From the IMG/VR virus record IMGVR_UViG_3300030693_000012: DNA of 64,000 nucleotides; one strand, written 5' to 3'. Source of the stretch: a virus. Under the pieces are notes generated by a model, which saw only the letters and a program-made list of their open reading frames with translations, made no database searches and was not told the DNA's origin. Below, in pieces: positions 63,994 to 64,000 of this stretch. Position 1 is the stretch's first letter; every line of letters begins with the position of its first letter. The translations under genes were made by a program, and so were the position numbers.

Positions 63994-64000
63994 CTGCTCT

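Noticed and set aside
1-64000. CRISPR array or diversity-generating retroelement
   Set aside because: I saw no regularly spaced repeat-spacer units, no reverse transcriptase motif and no TR/VR pair; the RNase H gene stands alone.

Overview
The window looks like a nearly complete, circularly permuted genome of a GC-rich tailed phage with a contractile (sheath/baseplate) tail. Essentially all genes lie on the minus strand. In transcription order (high to low coordinates): head genes (DUF2213-like protease/scaffold, decoration, major capsid) at 62-59 kb; neck, sheath, tube, chaperones with a -1 frameshift, tape measure and baseplate at 57-46 kb; a short tail-fibre stub followed by four large genes that all start with Sec-type signal peptides at 45-37 kb; lysis genes at 37-34 kb; a long early/accessory region at 33-7 kb; and terminase, portal and MuF at 7-0 kb. 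MuF runs off the left edge in what looks like an intein. The accessory region contains repeated promoter cassettes, replication/recombination genes, many homing endonucleases and host-like proteins (KhpA, RNase H, RuvA-C, J-domain, Fis-like). I saw no integrase, DNA polymerase, reverse transcriptase or CRISPR array. The most unusual observations are: (1) tail-fibre-like and polysaccharide-degrading proteins that appear to be exported, translationally coupled to a YxDPG miniprotein; (2) a 99-nt tRNA-like RNA with a perfect kissing-loop complement inserted into a conserved early leader; (3) a 19-bp palindrome present five times; (4) a Tat-signal protein carrying a fragment of the phage's own capsid protein. 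Family names come from motif recognition by eye, not database searches. An Acidobacteriota-like host is only a weak impression.
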